Below, in pieces: positions 1-12,009 of a stretch of 64,000 bases of DNA. The stretch is from Rhynchobatus australiae (lineage: Eukaryota): contig JAUZTB010000077.1 of NCBI GenBank assembly GCA_034780895.1, forward strand, positions 85,782-149,781, in the 5' to 3' direction. A program made the position numbers and the translations under genes. Under the pieces are notes generated by a model, which was given only the letters and a program-made list of their open reading frames with translations, made no database searches and was not told the origin of the DNA. Position 1 is the first letter of the stretch, and each line of letters opens with the position of its first letter.

Positions 1-149
1 GCCGTGACCACACTGTCTGTTCTCCAGAAGAAAAACCGCGGAAACCCATAAATATACACCTTTAGATGGACCACTTCTAAGTTAGGATGCAACTCAGTGA
101 CACCGTATGTGCTTCACAGTTACCATCTCCATCCAGGTGCAGATATTGG

Positions 150-780
150 GGCAGCCGTAGAAAGGGCGAGAAGCTTCAAGTTTCTGGGCACAAAAACTCG
201 GAGGATCGCTCCTGGACCCAAATATTAGTGCAATCACGTAGAAGTCATGCCGGCGACTCTACTATGTTTAGAATTTGACAAAATTTGGAATGTCACAAAA
301 GATTCTTGCAAATGTCTGCAGATGTCCGATGGACGGCATTAGGACTGGTTGCATCACAGAATTTTATGGAGTCTCCAATATACACAATCGCAAGGGGCTG
401 CAGAGGGTTGTAGATTCTGCCAGCTCCATCACGGGAACACCGCTCCCCAGTATCGAGGATATATTCAGGAGACGGTGCCTCAAGAACGTGGCATCTATCA
501 CCAAGGACCTCCACGGTCCAGAGCATGCTCTCTTTTCATTATCACCATCGGGGAGGAGGTAAAGGAGCCTGAAGACGCAGACTCAACGACTTAGAAATAG
601 TTTCCGCCTGCAGATTTCTGAACAGTTCAACAGGACCGCGTTATTATTTTTGCACTATTTATTTACCTCATAATTTCTAGTATTTTTTTTAACGTCTTGC
701 ACTGTACTGCTGCCGCAAAACAGCAATCACAAATCTCACGACATAGAAGACAGTGAGAGTAAATCTGATTCTAATTCTTC
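150..780 (+). mobile_element. Rex1/Babar-type LINE 3' fragment
   Basis: GCIT.FYG...LQRVV..ASSITGTPLPSIEDIFRRRCLK..ASI.KD..HALFSLSPSGRR, followed by a tail ending ctgattctaattct. Confidence 0.75.
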
Positions 781-1404
781 TGGTTGAAAGTTTCAAACAT
801 GATTGCCCTTTTGTGGAGAATCAACGGACTCTGCCAGAGAAGGTGGATATTCACGGCACGCAACCATGTTAGCTCGGAGCAATATAATCCAAGAAATCCC
901 ACGCTGTCCCCATATACCTGAAGACGATTTTCTTGCCTGAGTCGATTTTATTAATCGTAGGAAGTTCGAAATGATTCACATACCTACAAAAAGTCAGGCA
1001 GAGATTTCCTGATGATAGCTGCCTCCCCCACATCCCTTTATTGATTAACAGGAAATTTCACACTTGCGCCTCTTGGTTATTCTTGCAGAACCCGCTGAGC
1101 GGAACCGCTCCCCCTGTTTATCCAAATTGCAAACATCTGTCAACCGTCAGTAAATTACTGTAGGAATTAATTCCCGGCGCTACTCAGTGTGCCAAAAGCC
1201 CTCGTTCTATGCTGTTTCTGTCGATGACCTTAAAAGTTGGTTAAATCTATCTAGTCGTGGACTAGGACAAATTCACAATATGATGATAGATTCTAGTTAT
1301 ATAAAGGTGATTTTTTTCAGGACAAAAACGGAACACGAAAAGTTGGATGGCAGTGCCACTTCAAGATATTTTGCAATTGGATTGAATTGAGGACACGGTA
1401 CGAT

Positions 1405-1540
1405 GAAGACACAGGTAACTGCAGATGTTGGAATCTGGAGCAACAAGCAACCTGCTTGAGTAACTCATCATGTCGAGCAGCATCTGTGGCGGGAAGGAGT
1501 TGTCGACATTTTGGGTCGAAGCCCTGCATCATGATACGAA
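1405..1540 (+). repeat. Interspersed repeat (Penelope terminal-repeat-like or MITE-like)
   Basis: ctgcagatgttggaatctggagcaacaa...gggtcgaagccctgcatca. Related copies at ~14905-15060 and ~42630-42805. Confidence 0.55.
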
Positions 1541-3554
1541 GTATTCGGATTTGCATGCTCTCATGAACGGAAATGTGTGAGGACAAACGTTATAATCCCA
1601 CGGTTGACAAGGCCTCAGTTTGGTGAGGGGACACGATAAAATAAATTTTGAGTTTGATACGTAAAACTTAATATAGCATGGAGAACTGAAGCGCATTGAA
1701 AGCGCACGCGTGCTATTGGAGCAGTAAACAGGCGAGCTAAGGGCGTGGGAAAAACCCGTCGCGTTAAGTCAAAGAAAATCCACATATCTTCTGAAATGGA
1801 TCAGACACGCGGTACAACAAGATAGTGAAGGCAAAGTCAGACCTGTTAGAGAGGAAGAAAGATGGTGCAGGTATTGAGGTGGAGTGTGGCGAAAACGCTC
1901 ACTGATTATTGTCTTGATAAAGCGGTGGTTGGGTGAACCATTGCGAAAGATGTGTGAAACGTTTCAGAGAATAAAGCAGGAAATATTAAAAGGTTCGCAG
2001 TTTTGTTATCGGGTAGGTCACGAAGTCTCTATTTCAGTCTGTTCAAAGAAGCAAGAATATAAATCGCAGGTGCCTTGATGATTCATTTTTTAAATTACTC
2101 CAAAATTACGATCTTTGCCAAATAGTCGTAGGACTGTTAACCACGTTCTGTCGATAAAAGCGTGATATATTGTTAAACCAATGAATTACCGATCACGTCG
2201 TTGGCTGGAAAATTTCTGGTATCTATTCCTAGATACAGTGTAGGCATTAAAGTGAGAATAAACCTTACAAGTTGACGACAGTCAGGTGGAATCAAATTTT
2301 GAACTGTAGGTGGTGATGAACAAACGGCGGCTTCTCTCAGGTGCTGGAAAGATCAGGTCAATGAGGATCTTCTGTGTGATTTAATCTGCCTAGATTTTAG
2401 AAAGCCTCTTGGAAATGGATGCCCACATCCTTTGTACAACAGTGATCATTATCCGAAGTCATCTTCAATGATAAGTAGTTAATGTAAAGTATTTATTCAT
2501 GGTTTAGAGGGGAAAAGTGGAAAAAGATCGTTTGTGCATGAAAAAAAATGGGAGTGGTAAAAAATCGGGCGGAGCCTGGACAGGCGTATTTCGGCCCGCA
2601 TTCTTAGCTCAAGTACGAGATAACTCGAAGGAGAACACAACCCGACAATTTCATTGCACCCAACGAAACTTCAATCAGCAATGCCGTATTGCAATGACTG
2701 TATTGATTTTCACGTCGCTAGCGTATCTTGATACCACACCTCCCAAGCTACATGTGCGCGAAAATCTGCAAAACGCAAGCAGTTCAGGGTTAGACGGGCT
2801 TCTGGTTTTGAAGCTCTTTAATATTTCGGCTGTCTGAGGAAGAACGTTAGCCAAAACCATGTGAACTATTTCCATGAATACAATGTATTCCGACACGCTT
2901 CGCCTGACAGCAGAACTTTGAGTTACATTTCTCCAGGAACCACAAATGAATATGCACTCATGTTCCAGAACTCGATAATCCAGTAATTCGGAATGTTATT
3001 CTAATAATGCAACAATCACATCGCCAGCACTTAGCTCTTTGCCCAGTTTCGTAACGCAGCTGTATCAATGATGCCCACTTCGGTGGAGATAACAGGTTGC
3101 CGATGGTCAAGCACGTGCCTTGATGATTTACCATTTTTACCGTGGAGAAGGACACGTAATCTCGTGAGTTCAGGAACAACAGTGACATGCTGAACCATAC
3201 CGACATTTGAATTTAACAGGGAACTAAGGAACATGAATTTCACACTGAAGTCGGTGGTTGTAGCAGTGAGCTGGCGCAGGTGGTGGAGACGCGTATAATT
3301 GCATTGTTTAAAAGATATTTTTACTGGTTCATAGAGAGGAAAGGTTGAGATGGATATGGTCAAAACGCAGGCAAATGGTATCAGCGGCGATAGGCATCCC
3401 TGCCGATATGGAAGAGTTGGACGGAAAGGCTAGTTTAGCTCTGTATAACCCCGTGAATACACGACTCTAACACTAAGTGCAATATTCGCCAAACCCACTC
3501 ATATTATCGGACTTTAATTTCAAAACCATGTCAAGTTGCAACTAGACTTGCACG

Positions 3555-4453
3555 TTATCTACACAGCAGCCCATTTAATGTAAATAAATATTTCACTCCA
3601 TTCTGCAGTTCCTTCCTGAATTTCCTCTGTGTCAGTATATAGATACATGTGTTGGTACACATACTGAGCATCTGCAACATATATCCGAACTGTTCCAGAA
3701 TATATGTTGGGGTATTCAAATATTTGTCTGTGTAAGAATAGTTTTGTGCTTGCCATCTCATCGAAGACACCACATAGGGTATCCAAAATAAAACAAAATT
3801 GGCGGATATAGCGAACAACAAAATCATTGACTTCCTCCGCATCTCCACCTCCTCATCCTTTTGTTTCTCGCTGTTGTTACGAAGTCCTTTGCGGACTTTA
3901 TTTGCCGCTATGATATGCCTGACTGTTATCCCATTGAATAATAGAATAAAACAGATTGGTAAGAGCGGTGTTAAGATACTCTCAAATAGCTCGTATCCTT
4001 TCCACGCCGATGAAGTAAGGTTTTCATCCGTAAAGACGCAAAGCCATGGCACGTTGTCTATGATGACTTCAGGTTCCAATGCGAAGTACAACGGGGTACA
4101 TCTCGCGCAGCTCACTACAACCACCGTCACTGTAACCACAGTCGCTGTTCTCTCGGTGCAGTATCGCTCCCGTAGCTTTTGACAACAGATTACGATAAAC
4201 CGATCGAAAGTGAAACACACAGTTAGCCAAACAGAACAGTCCCTGGTTACAATCCTCAGTACGTTAGTCAGAGCGCAAATTGGAGTAATCAGTAAGAACT
4301 TAGCATAAATATAGATATAATTGGTCTGTTCCACTAATGCAACAACGAGAACCACCATTAGATCTGCTGCTGCCATTCCCACCAGATACCGGGTAGTGGA
4401 TTTGGACAGTCCTCCTTTTGCCCGGGAGACGATGACAATCGCCGTGAAATTAA
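3555..4453 (-). CDS. GPCR gene A, exon 2: class A 7TM receptor, GPR139/GPR142-like (apparently intact, 322 aa when spliced)
   Basis: Open frame with 7TM pattern: N-x-x-AIVI (TM1), YLVGMAAADL (TM2), SVWLTVCFTFDRF (TM3), LLFN (TM5), KSMILLFAISANFVLFWIP (TM6), CTNTCIY (TM7). Acceptor ttctttgcAG at 4454-4455. 70+899 nt = 323 codons including stop. Confidence 0.9.
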
Positions 4454-5408
4454 CTGCAAAGAACAAAAGCAAAGGTTATTATCATTCCGCGTTTCACTTG
4501 AAAAATCCGCTAGAACTTGCCGCATAGTCCCGTTCCTCTGAGCCTACGATGCTATTGGCCGGCTTGGATCTTATAGAGGAAGTACAGTCCGTCCACACTA
4601 CATCTGGAGGACAGCGGTGGACCGGAGTGATTATTGCGTCAGCATTCTTCAGCAGTTTTCGATGGAGGATTTGAAATCCACAATGTTCTTACTGGTTAGT
4701 GGTTTATCCACTCAGTCTTCAAACTGGTGTTCATCAATGGAGCTGAAAATGCTGAAGGGAACATTGACAGTGGTGATAAAATGGACACAGGGAAGAAGTT
4801 TGATTAAACACGGTATATTAAAGAAGTGGAACCAGAGATGTCAAATCAAAACTGGTAAAAGAACGCCCACGGGGAAACCAAGAGTTTTTTTCACGTTATT
4901 GTTGACATTTAATAGACACTTAGATGATGTGTTCTCAATTGGTTCTCAGTTGCGGATTTATGTGAGGAAAGACCGGCGTGTCGAACACAAAGTAGAAAGT
5001 CGATTGAAAGCTGTCAAGTTGTTGTTGTAAAATTCCAAGTGAACCATAGAACCATAGAACAACACAGCACAATCCAGGCCCTTCGGCTCACCATGTTGTA
5101 TCTTCTTTCCGAATTCAGACTCCGACACAGAACGAAACATGCCTGAAATCTTTAGGGAAGTCCAACAGGTAAAATGTTGGAACCATGTCAATATCAGCAC
5201 CAACGTAATTAACACAAGAATCGGATGTTAAACAGATCAAAATACGCTAAAAATAGAAATCAATCAGCTGCTTGAAGCCTCTTCATTCTGAAAACTCTCG
5301 CCAGGTGAGGGAACATCTACCCTGGGTATCAAGACGACTATTCTACAGCGCAGCGAATCCAACAAAACACGGGACACGCAGATATGGCAGGCAAGTCCAT
5401 TATCTTAC

Positions 5409-5478
5409 CTGGGATACCAATAGCTGCAAGTGCAGGATAGAAAATGCTCGCTATGTAGTAAATTGTTGCATATCCCAT
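5409..5478 (-). CDS. GPCR gene A, exon 1 (MGYATIYYIASIFYPALAAIGIP, phase 1)
   Basis: Read by hand: ATG at 5478, 70 bp, donor G|GTAAGA. Joins exon 2 in frame to give GIPVN. Same structure in paralogs. Confidence 0.88.
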
Positions 5479-5539
5479 TTTTATGAGAAGCAGGGGTCCG
5501 TTGTGCCGAACGTCCCAGCTGCCCGTGTTCTGGTGATTT

Positions 5540-5700
5540 GTTCAACAAACTCTTATATTAGAGATGTTAATTCCACCGAGACAATTAGTGTGACCATCTC
5601 CTCAGTCTCATCAGCTACAATCCACGGAACAAACACTTAGAGAAAATTAATTTTTACTCATTGTATCTTTGTGTAATGAATTTGCTTCCTCAAGGGATAT
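5540..5700 (-). promoter_or_regulatory. Conserved proximal promoter block of gene A
   Basis: Minus strand: TATAAGAG ~75 nt upstream of ATG, CTAATTG, GAGTAAAAAT, TCCCTTGAGG. Alignable with upstream regions at ~9940-10100, ~22450-22600 and ~58225-58380. Confidence 0.6.
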
Positions 5701-7559
5701 ATATGGTAACCTTTTTCGAAGGAAAATATTGCAAGTTCAATTTCTATGACGTGATGTTTAGGCTGTTAAATTGAACAGCAGATCGGTATTATTTATAACG
5801 TGGACATTCAACTTGAAATATGCATCATTCGTAACACTATGCGGAGGACTTTGGGCCTCTTAAATTAAGAAAGGGAGTTCTGTTTGGCAGGTGAAGTGAA
5901 GTAGACGTCGACATTGAAGGGGAAGCTTCATTCCTCCCTTTGGCTTTCGGGAAGTTTTCATACTGGAAATCACAGGAACATGTCGGGACACGATGTAATA
6001 AAAACGATACTGTGTTCACTTATCCCTGAATAAATTCACAAATCCACACCTGCACTGGTGTCACCTGTGATGAACACACAGAATCATTATTCAGAAAACT
6101 GGACATGTGGAAGACGTACAGTTAATCTAACAGAAACGAGCCGTTCGGTTACTAGCACCCGGACCTCTACAACAGAGAGACCGGACCACCTCACCTCGTT
6201 CGATTGCCGCTTTTTGCAATCTTTCTTTTTATTGTCAATTGTTAATTACGATTCTTTATGTTATTCCTCCAAGGTCCTGATAGGATCTCAATTGTTGTCA
6301 GGTCATATCCTGCCTGAACGTAGCTCAAAACAAGGATCCATATGGAGTTTCCTCCGTCGATCTCTTTCAGCACCAAATAGCCGTGGTACTGTTCCCTTAT
6401 TTACTCGAAGGTATTTTGTCTTTAAGTTGTCAACTATATGATCATCCAACCGCATTGCCAATCAACAAAACCAAGCGGCATGAAATTACAACCTTATATC
6501 GTCGCGCTCTACTTATTTGAGAAGGCCGGGGCCAGAATTAAATCTTCATGAAACCCTGCCGGGCCAGTCCTTGTTGTTTCCAGGTTACAATCCCACGTTT
6601 TTTTCACTGGTCCCCGTGTCTCATAATCATGAAACATCCCGGGCCCCTTTCCCCTTTCAATGCCCTCTCGCTTTCCTGTTCCTTACCAATCCAATTGTAT
6701 TGAAGAGGTGCGAATGTGTTCAAATTACTTCGCTCATGCGTCAGTACATTTCAATAGCATTTCCTTCTGCTAATACAGTACAACATCCCGCATCTATTGG
6801 GGAACCCGTGCTGATCTACAGCCCTCGGCATGTTGGAGAAAGTCCCACCATGGATACCACTCTTTCGGCACTCACACCGTTGAACACTTAGAATGTGAGC
6901 TGCTCTCCTCCAGACATGCATTTCCTCTTGACTCCATTTTCCTGTGAATTGATTTTATCCACAATGTGCCACTTGGTCTGATAGCGTTTCATCCTGATTC
7001 CTACTCCGCCATTCTTATTGTAACAGCTCCCTCGTTCGCCCTGACAGGACACTTGACACTCGCATTGGTTTTATTTGCTGATTTGTTTAGGATCTGCGTT
7101 TTGCTGCAAAGCAGCATTTATTACCAACCGCACATTGCTCCTGAGAATGTAATGTTTATCTTCTCTCTTGTGGCGGTGTATGAAAAGACTTAATCTGAAG
7201 AAATATGGAAGGCGGTGTGTGAATTTCACAGTGGTGCTGTTTCTCTGCTCCCACTGTCATTGTCCTTGGTGGGGGAGGTGCTGCTCGGACAAGGATTGCA
7301 CAAGGTTACGCTGCATACACTGCACCCTTGTGGGGAGTGAAATGAAAATTTGATGGTGCTCCAATCAAGCGGTCTTCCTCTTCTGGATTGTATGAAGCTT
7401 CCTATGAGTTGTTGACGAGTTTTTACCCTCGTTAGAGGGTAAAATTATATTAACCACCAGTTCTTTTCTCGTTCGAAGATGGTACGAAAAGAGGTTTTAA
7501 GTGGTTAATCACAGAGCAGTTTTCACCACAATCTCTGCCTTATGTTGTAAACCAGTTTG

Positions 7560-8420
7560 GAACTCAATTTGCTAAACTGCCTTGAATCCCATGGGTTTCA
7601 TCCTTTGAGACGGGTTTCCTGTACAGTTGCATTAAAACAGAGAGCGTTAGAATGAAGAGCACGACTGGAAAGTCAGTTTTCCGGGGTGCAGACACCATGC
7701 ATGGTGTGGGGGGATTGAGTTTGATGGGTGCAATATCTGAGGGGGTATTTCGATGTTGCTTGCATAGATCTATTTTTGGAAAACGGGGAGGATATTCAAA
7801 CATCGTCAAATGAGGCCAGATGAGGAGAACTCAGGAACACGGGCGGAGGGGCAATTACTTTGCCAACGGAAAAGGTAAGATGAACAACTGGCTTCCTAAT
7901 GCCAGAATAGATGGAAGAACAAATATTTAACGAAATCACAGAGAAGTAGGAGAAATTGGTTATGGTTCTGGTGATTTGAACTTGTCCCGCATTAACTAAC
8001 ATTGTTTCAACGTGAAAGCTTCGAATGATGGTGGAATGTTTTGAGGGAATGTCAGAAGATTTTTCAAAATGACAGAATGGAGAAGAGATGGAGAAGAGGG
8101 CCGAGCAGAAAATCTCAGAAGATGCCAAAGATAATTCCGATGTTGCAGGAAGAGAAGTGTTATGTTTGTTTACCTTTGACTGCAGATAAACCAGCGCAGT
8201 TCTATAAAGCTGCAATGGCCGACAGAGTGGTCACCTGCGCGAGAATCTGCGTGAATAAAAAGGGAAAGATTTCATTCATCACTCTCATTTAAGATGCCAT
8301 TGAACAATGTAAGTATCATATCTTGAACTGGAGAGTCGCGTTCTCGAAGGACAGAAGAACTGGATAATTATTTGCTGCGTATAAGGCTTCCGGCGTGCAC
8401 AACACAATTAGAAATGCTTC
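7560..8420 (+). mobile_element. Highly decayed CR1 LINE ORF2 fragments
   Basis: Patchy similarity to CR1 ORF2 (gatctatttttggaaa..., tgtaagtatcata..., ggagagtcg). No intact ORF. Confidence 0.4.
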
Positions 8421-9939
8421 CCTTGGCATTTCTCGTTATAAACTGGAAGATATATTGAAATATAAGTTTGTCTATTTTCCCTATGCAGCAATTTTGAAAC
8501 ATATCAAGCGAGAATTAGATGCACCACTTATTCTAATCCCGGCACGCTAATCCCCGGCACTTCCTACCAGCGTTGCCAAGAATTCTTTCTAAGGGAAGTA
8601 CGACTGGAATTCACACATTCGTACTCTGTCCTGGATTCTCAGGCAGACTGGACAGACTTCCTGGCGCTAAATGGCAATGCCTGGGAGATTCCAGTGCAAA
8701 GCTCTACCAGCTCTAAGCTTCGCTTTTAAAACAAAATAGAACGTAGAACTTTAGTGAAGATTTAGAGTGTTTGCTGTGGTAATGTAACAGTATTGAAACT
8801 GTGAAACAGATGTGCCAATCCCCACAAAGCAAAGAATAACTTGGTTGTACATGAAATTCAAATGTGTCAATTGTTTTCGTGGTTACAGGGTAAGGTTCCG
8901 AGTTGTTCCATGCTGATGAGACAGAGCGACTGGAGGACGCAAATGCAGGAAGCAGCAAAGAATGGCCTGGAATTGGATCACAGTGATGTAATCAGTGCCT
9001 GGGACTTCGCACGCAAAATGTTTATCTGACAGAAATTCTGGAAGACAATTGGTAGGATTGTCACATGGTGCAATACGTACCGGCGATCCCAGTGTTTCCT
9101 GGAAATATAATATAGCCGTAGAATTTACCACACACAAGGACAGGTCAAGCATCACGTTTTTCTGTTTTGCTTTGGCGATGATCAATGCAGTTGAATTAAA
9201 TGCAAGGCACCTTAAAGCAAATAAGAACAATATCTCCAACAGCGTAAGAACCCATGGATAGATCACCTTTTTAACCAACATCGTGTTTCAGACAGGATGG
9301 GAATTAACAAAATCTGTGGTAAACTCAGAGCCTCGTGAAATCTGCAAAAAATAACAGTGCTTAATATCTTAAAATAAAACAAATATAAGAGACAGCATCA
9401 AATGTCATTGCTGTGATGTGAGATGGTCGGGTATTTCCGTGTGTAAGGTCCGGGTGCATCAGCTCTCTGCTGGAACGTGTCGATATTCCACCTGTCCATG
9501 TGCTCCAGGTAGTTTCTGGAAACAGACTGCTTTAACTCTTCACGGATAGCCGCCGTATTGATGTGGATGTGACGATGTCCTTCGAGCAACATAAATTAAG
9601 TAATAGTTTGTCAAGTTATTTCTCATCCGCTGTGACTATTACTTGCCACAGTAAACCCAACTGAAGGCAAAATGGAGGTGTGAATCTTCCCGTTCCAGGA
9701 AAAGGTTCACTTAATTTAATTGTCAAACTAAATTGAGAAGCCTTTCTGCTGGGTCTGCTGTTACAAACGATACTTATTCCAAATGATGAATGATGCAGTC
9801 CACTATACAAAAATATTGAGCCAAAGAATTGTTTCATTTGAAGTAGCTCAAAGTTTGTGTGACAGCGAAGAAGTGTGCAACATTCTCCTTTGAAAATGAT
9901 TAAAAAAAGAGTAATGTTTAAACGAATTGTTTCTGTAAT

Positions 9940-10100
9940 TTCCTCGAGCAGCGAAATTCATTGCACGGTGAAATAATGCATGAAAATAGTTTACTTGTAG
10001 TGTTTGTTCGGTTGGATACGCCTAATGTGACTGAGGAGGCGGTCATAATAATTGGCTCAGTGAACTTTCCATCTCCTGCACAAGAGCTTTCAAACCAATC
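9940..10100 (+). promoter_or_regulatory. Decayed promoter block of pseudogene B
   Basis: gaaaatagt...gtgtttgttc...atgtgactgaggag...TAATTGG, homologous to the other paralog promoters. TATA position reads GCACAAGAG. Confidence 0.5.
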
Positions 10101-10159
10101 ACCAGTACATATGGGTACTAGGAGCATATTGATCAGCTTATTATTGCTTCACACGGAAA

Positions 10160-10229
10160 ATGGGATATTTAGCAATTTAATACAGAGAAAGGATTTTTTA
10201 TCCTGTATTGGAAGCCATTGGTATCCCTG
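10160..10229 (+). pseudogene. GPCR pseudogene B, exon 1 (MGYLAI*YRERIFYPVLEAIGIP)
   Basis: 70-bp exon homologous to the other exon 1s, donor G|GTAAAT, in-frame TAA at codon 7. Confidence 0.88.
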
Positions 10230-11172
10230 GTAAATCACAGGAGCTGCCTGTTATACATGAACTTCCTTCTTCTTGCTGTACCTGCTGTATACCTGTGGAA
10301 TAGTCGCCCTCAATTGCATTACAATTGCAGCCTCGCCTGATCAGTTCGTTCAGACTGTTGAGGTATTTTTTCAGGTATTGTTGATCGTGTTTAATATCTG
10401 TTTTTTTTGTCAATTGCAGCAATTGAATTCGTGTTAATAATGACGTTGTTACAGCATTTACATTTGCTCGATTTCCAATGCATTACCGGTCTATATTGTT
10501 CTAGATCTGAGTCTACATCAATATAGAAACTTGGAATTTTACAGAGGAGAAAACCTTACCGTCGCCAGAGCTATTTCAGGGAGTGCTTCCGTTTATCTGC
10601 GACACGCAGGTCATTTTTTGTAACAACGAAGCAGCAAAGATGAACTCCTGTTCTCAGATACCTGTCTAAATATCTGTCTTAACTTCAACAATAACATGAA
10701 AATGTCTCGTTTCCACTCTTGCCCTTCCTTTGTTAGTTTTAATTTTAAATCTGGATCCTTTCCCAAAATATGCCACGACTGTTCCATAGGAACAGCCTCC
10801 ATGAACCCATTTTATCAGAACTCTCCACACTCCCTTTGTCTTCTCGGTTTCCATGATGGTCCAAGTGTCTGTAACGGAAGCGATCAGACCCTAACAGGGA
10901 AGTGTGCCGTGGATTTCCGTATCCCCCTGTAAACTATTGAAAGGCTGTCGACTCAACCGCCACTCCGGCCAGGCCTTGTCCTCCAGCTGCAGTGCAACGG
11001 CCGAATTCGGACCTGTTGGATATCCGCTATCCAATTCAAAGCGATTAGGATCCAACATGAGATCATAAGAATGGGAACCAGTCAGCACGGTGCAGCGCAC
11101 TGTTTTCGCATGGAAATCAGAAAATCCGGATCAGGTTTTGTGCACTTGAAATGAACTTTTTTTTCCTTGTTG

Positions 11173-11410
11173 TTAATTTAATAGCGATTGTTATACTGTC
11201 TCGGTAAAAGTACGGACTCTCCAAATGCAGTATGCGTTACCTGGTGGGAGAGGCAACATCAGATTTCATTGACATTATCTTTGCTGTTGGACTTGGGCAG
11301 ATTAATAATATTTATATTTATGCCCCTGCTTTGGTCATTACTCCGATTTTCAATGTGGCACGTCCTGAGGCTCGCAACTCTGGACTTTTCTGTTTGGGTT
11401 ACGGTGTCAT
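11173..11410 (+). pseudogene. GPCR pseudogene B, truncated exon 2 (TM1-TM3)
   Basis: NLIAIVILSR*KYGLSKCSMRYLVGEATSD...QINNIYIYA, then frameshift to VLRLATLDFSVWVTV. Acceptor reads TG instead of AG. Homology stops at the ERV LTR edge. Confidence 0.85.
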
Positions 11411-11996
11411 TCCGAAATTCATTTACCCTTCTGTCCGCCGCAAGAAACACAGTGCCACGAGGTCTAGTCGAACTCATGGCACTGTGTTTTATTTAGCAGC
11501 ACTGCTAGGAGAGTCCCTTCAGCACTCACTCAGAGTCGCTTCCCAAGGTATCTTCCCGAGCAGCGGGTCAGACAGAAATTCATACAGCTTTTCTCACACA
11601 ATCGCCATACAGCAGGCGCCGTGAGTTTCGGGCCATCTGTACAAATGTTAAAAACAGCAATCTGATTCCTTGTCCAGCATAAACAGTTGCAATCAGGAAA
11701 TACAAAGGTGGGTATCACCCCTCATTGTTCAATTTGAGCTTCCCCTGCAATGTTAATCTCATTGCCGTCTGTTCCCACCCTGGTGTTAATTTCACCCATT
11801 ACTGCTGTCTGTTACAATGTTAATTTCACTGACTACTGTTAGCTCAGTGTGTTTCAATACCTGGACAAAGGCAATTAACATACTTTGAGTTCCAACCCAG
11901 CCAGTGTCCCTGCCAGTTTAGTTTTGGGAGAAGTGTGTCTGTCTTTTTTTGATAGTTATGAAGATGACTGCAATTGTTTAACCCTTTAATTCTAAA
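11405..11996 (-). mobile_element. 3' LTR of endogenous retrovirus (boundaries approximate)
   Basis: Minus strand: purine tract AAAATGGAGGGAA just upstream (~11997-12009), U3 with repeated TGTTAAT motifs, AATAAA ~11490, R-region hairpin, terminal ...GAATGACA. Confidence 0.6.
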
Positions 11997-12009
11997 TTCC
12001 CTCCATTTT

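Noticed and set aside
2958-3363. ORFs with TTTDFSV and SVWF resembling TM3 of the receptors
   Set aside because: No DRY or other TM motifs in register, so probably chance.
3799-4182. Antisense ORFs over receptor exons (also 33233-33469 and 55836-56402)
   Set aside because: Shadow frames of the GPCR coding strand.
6600-7000. Possible Penelope GIY-YIG remnant (SIGEP resembling YIGET); similar weak signal at 49060-49330
   Set aside because: Too degenerate to support by eye.
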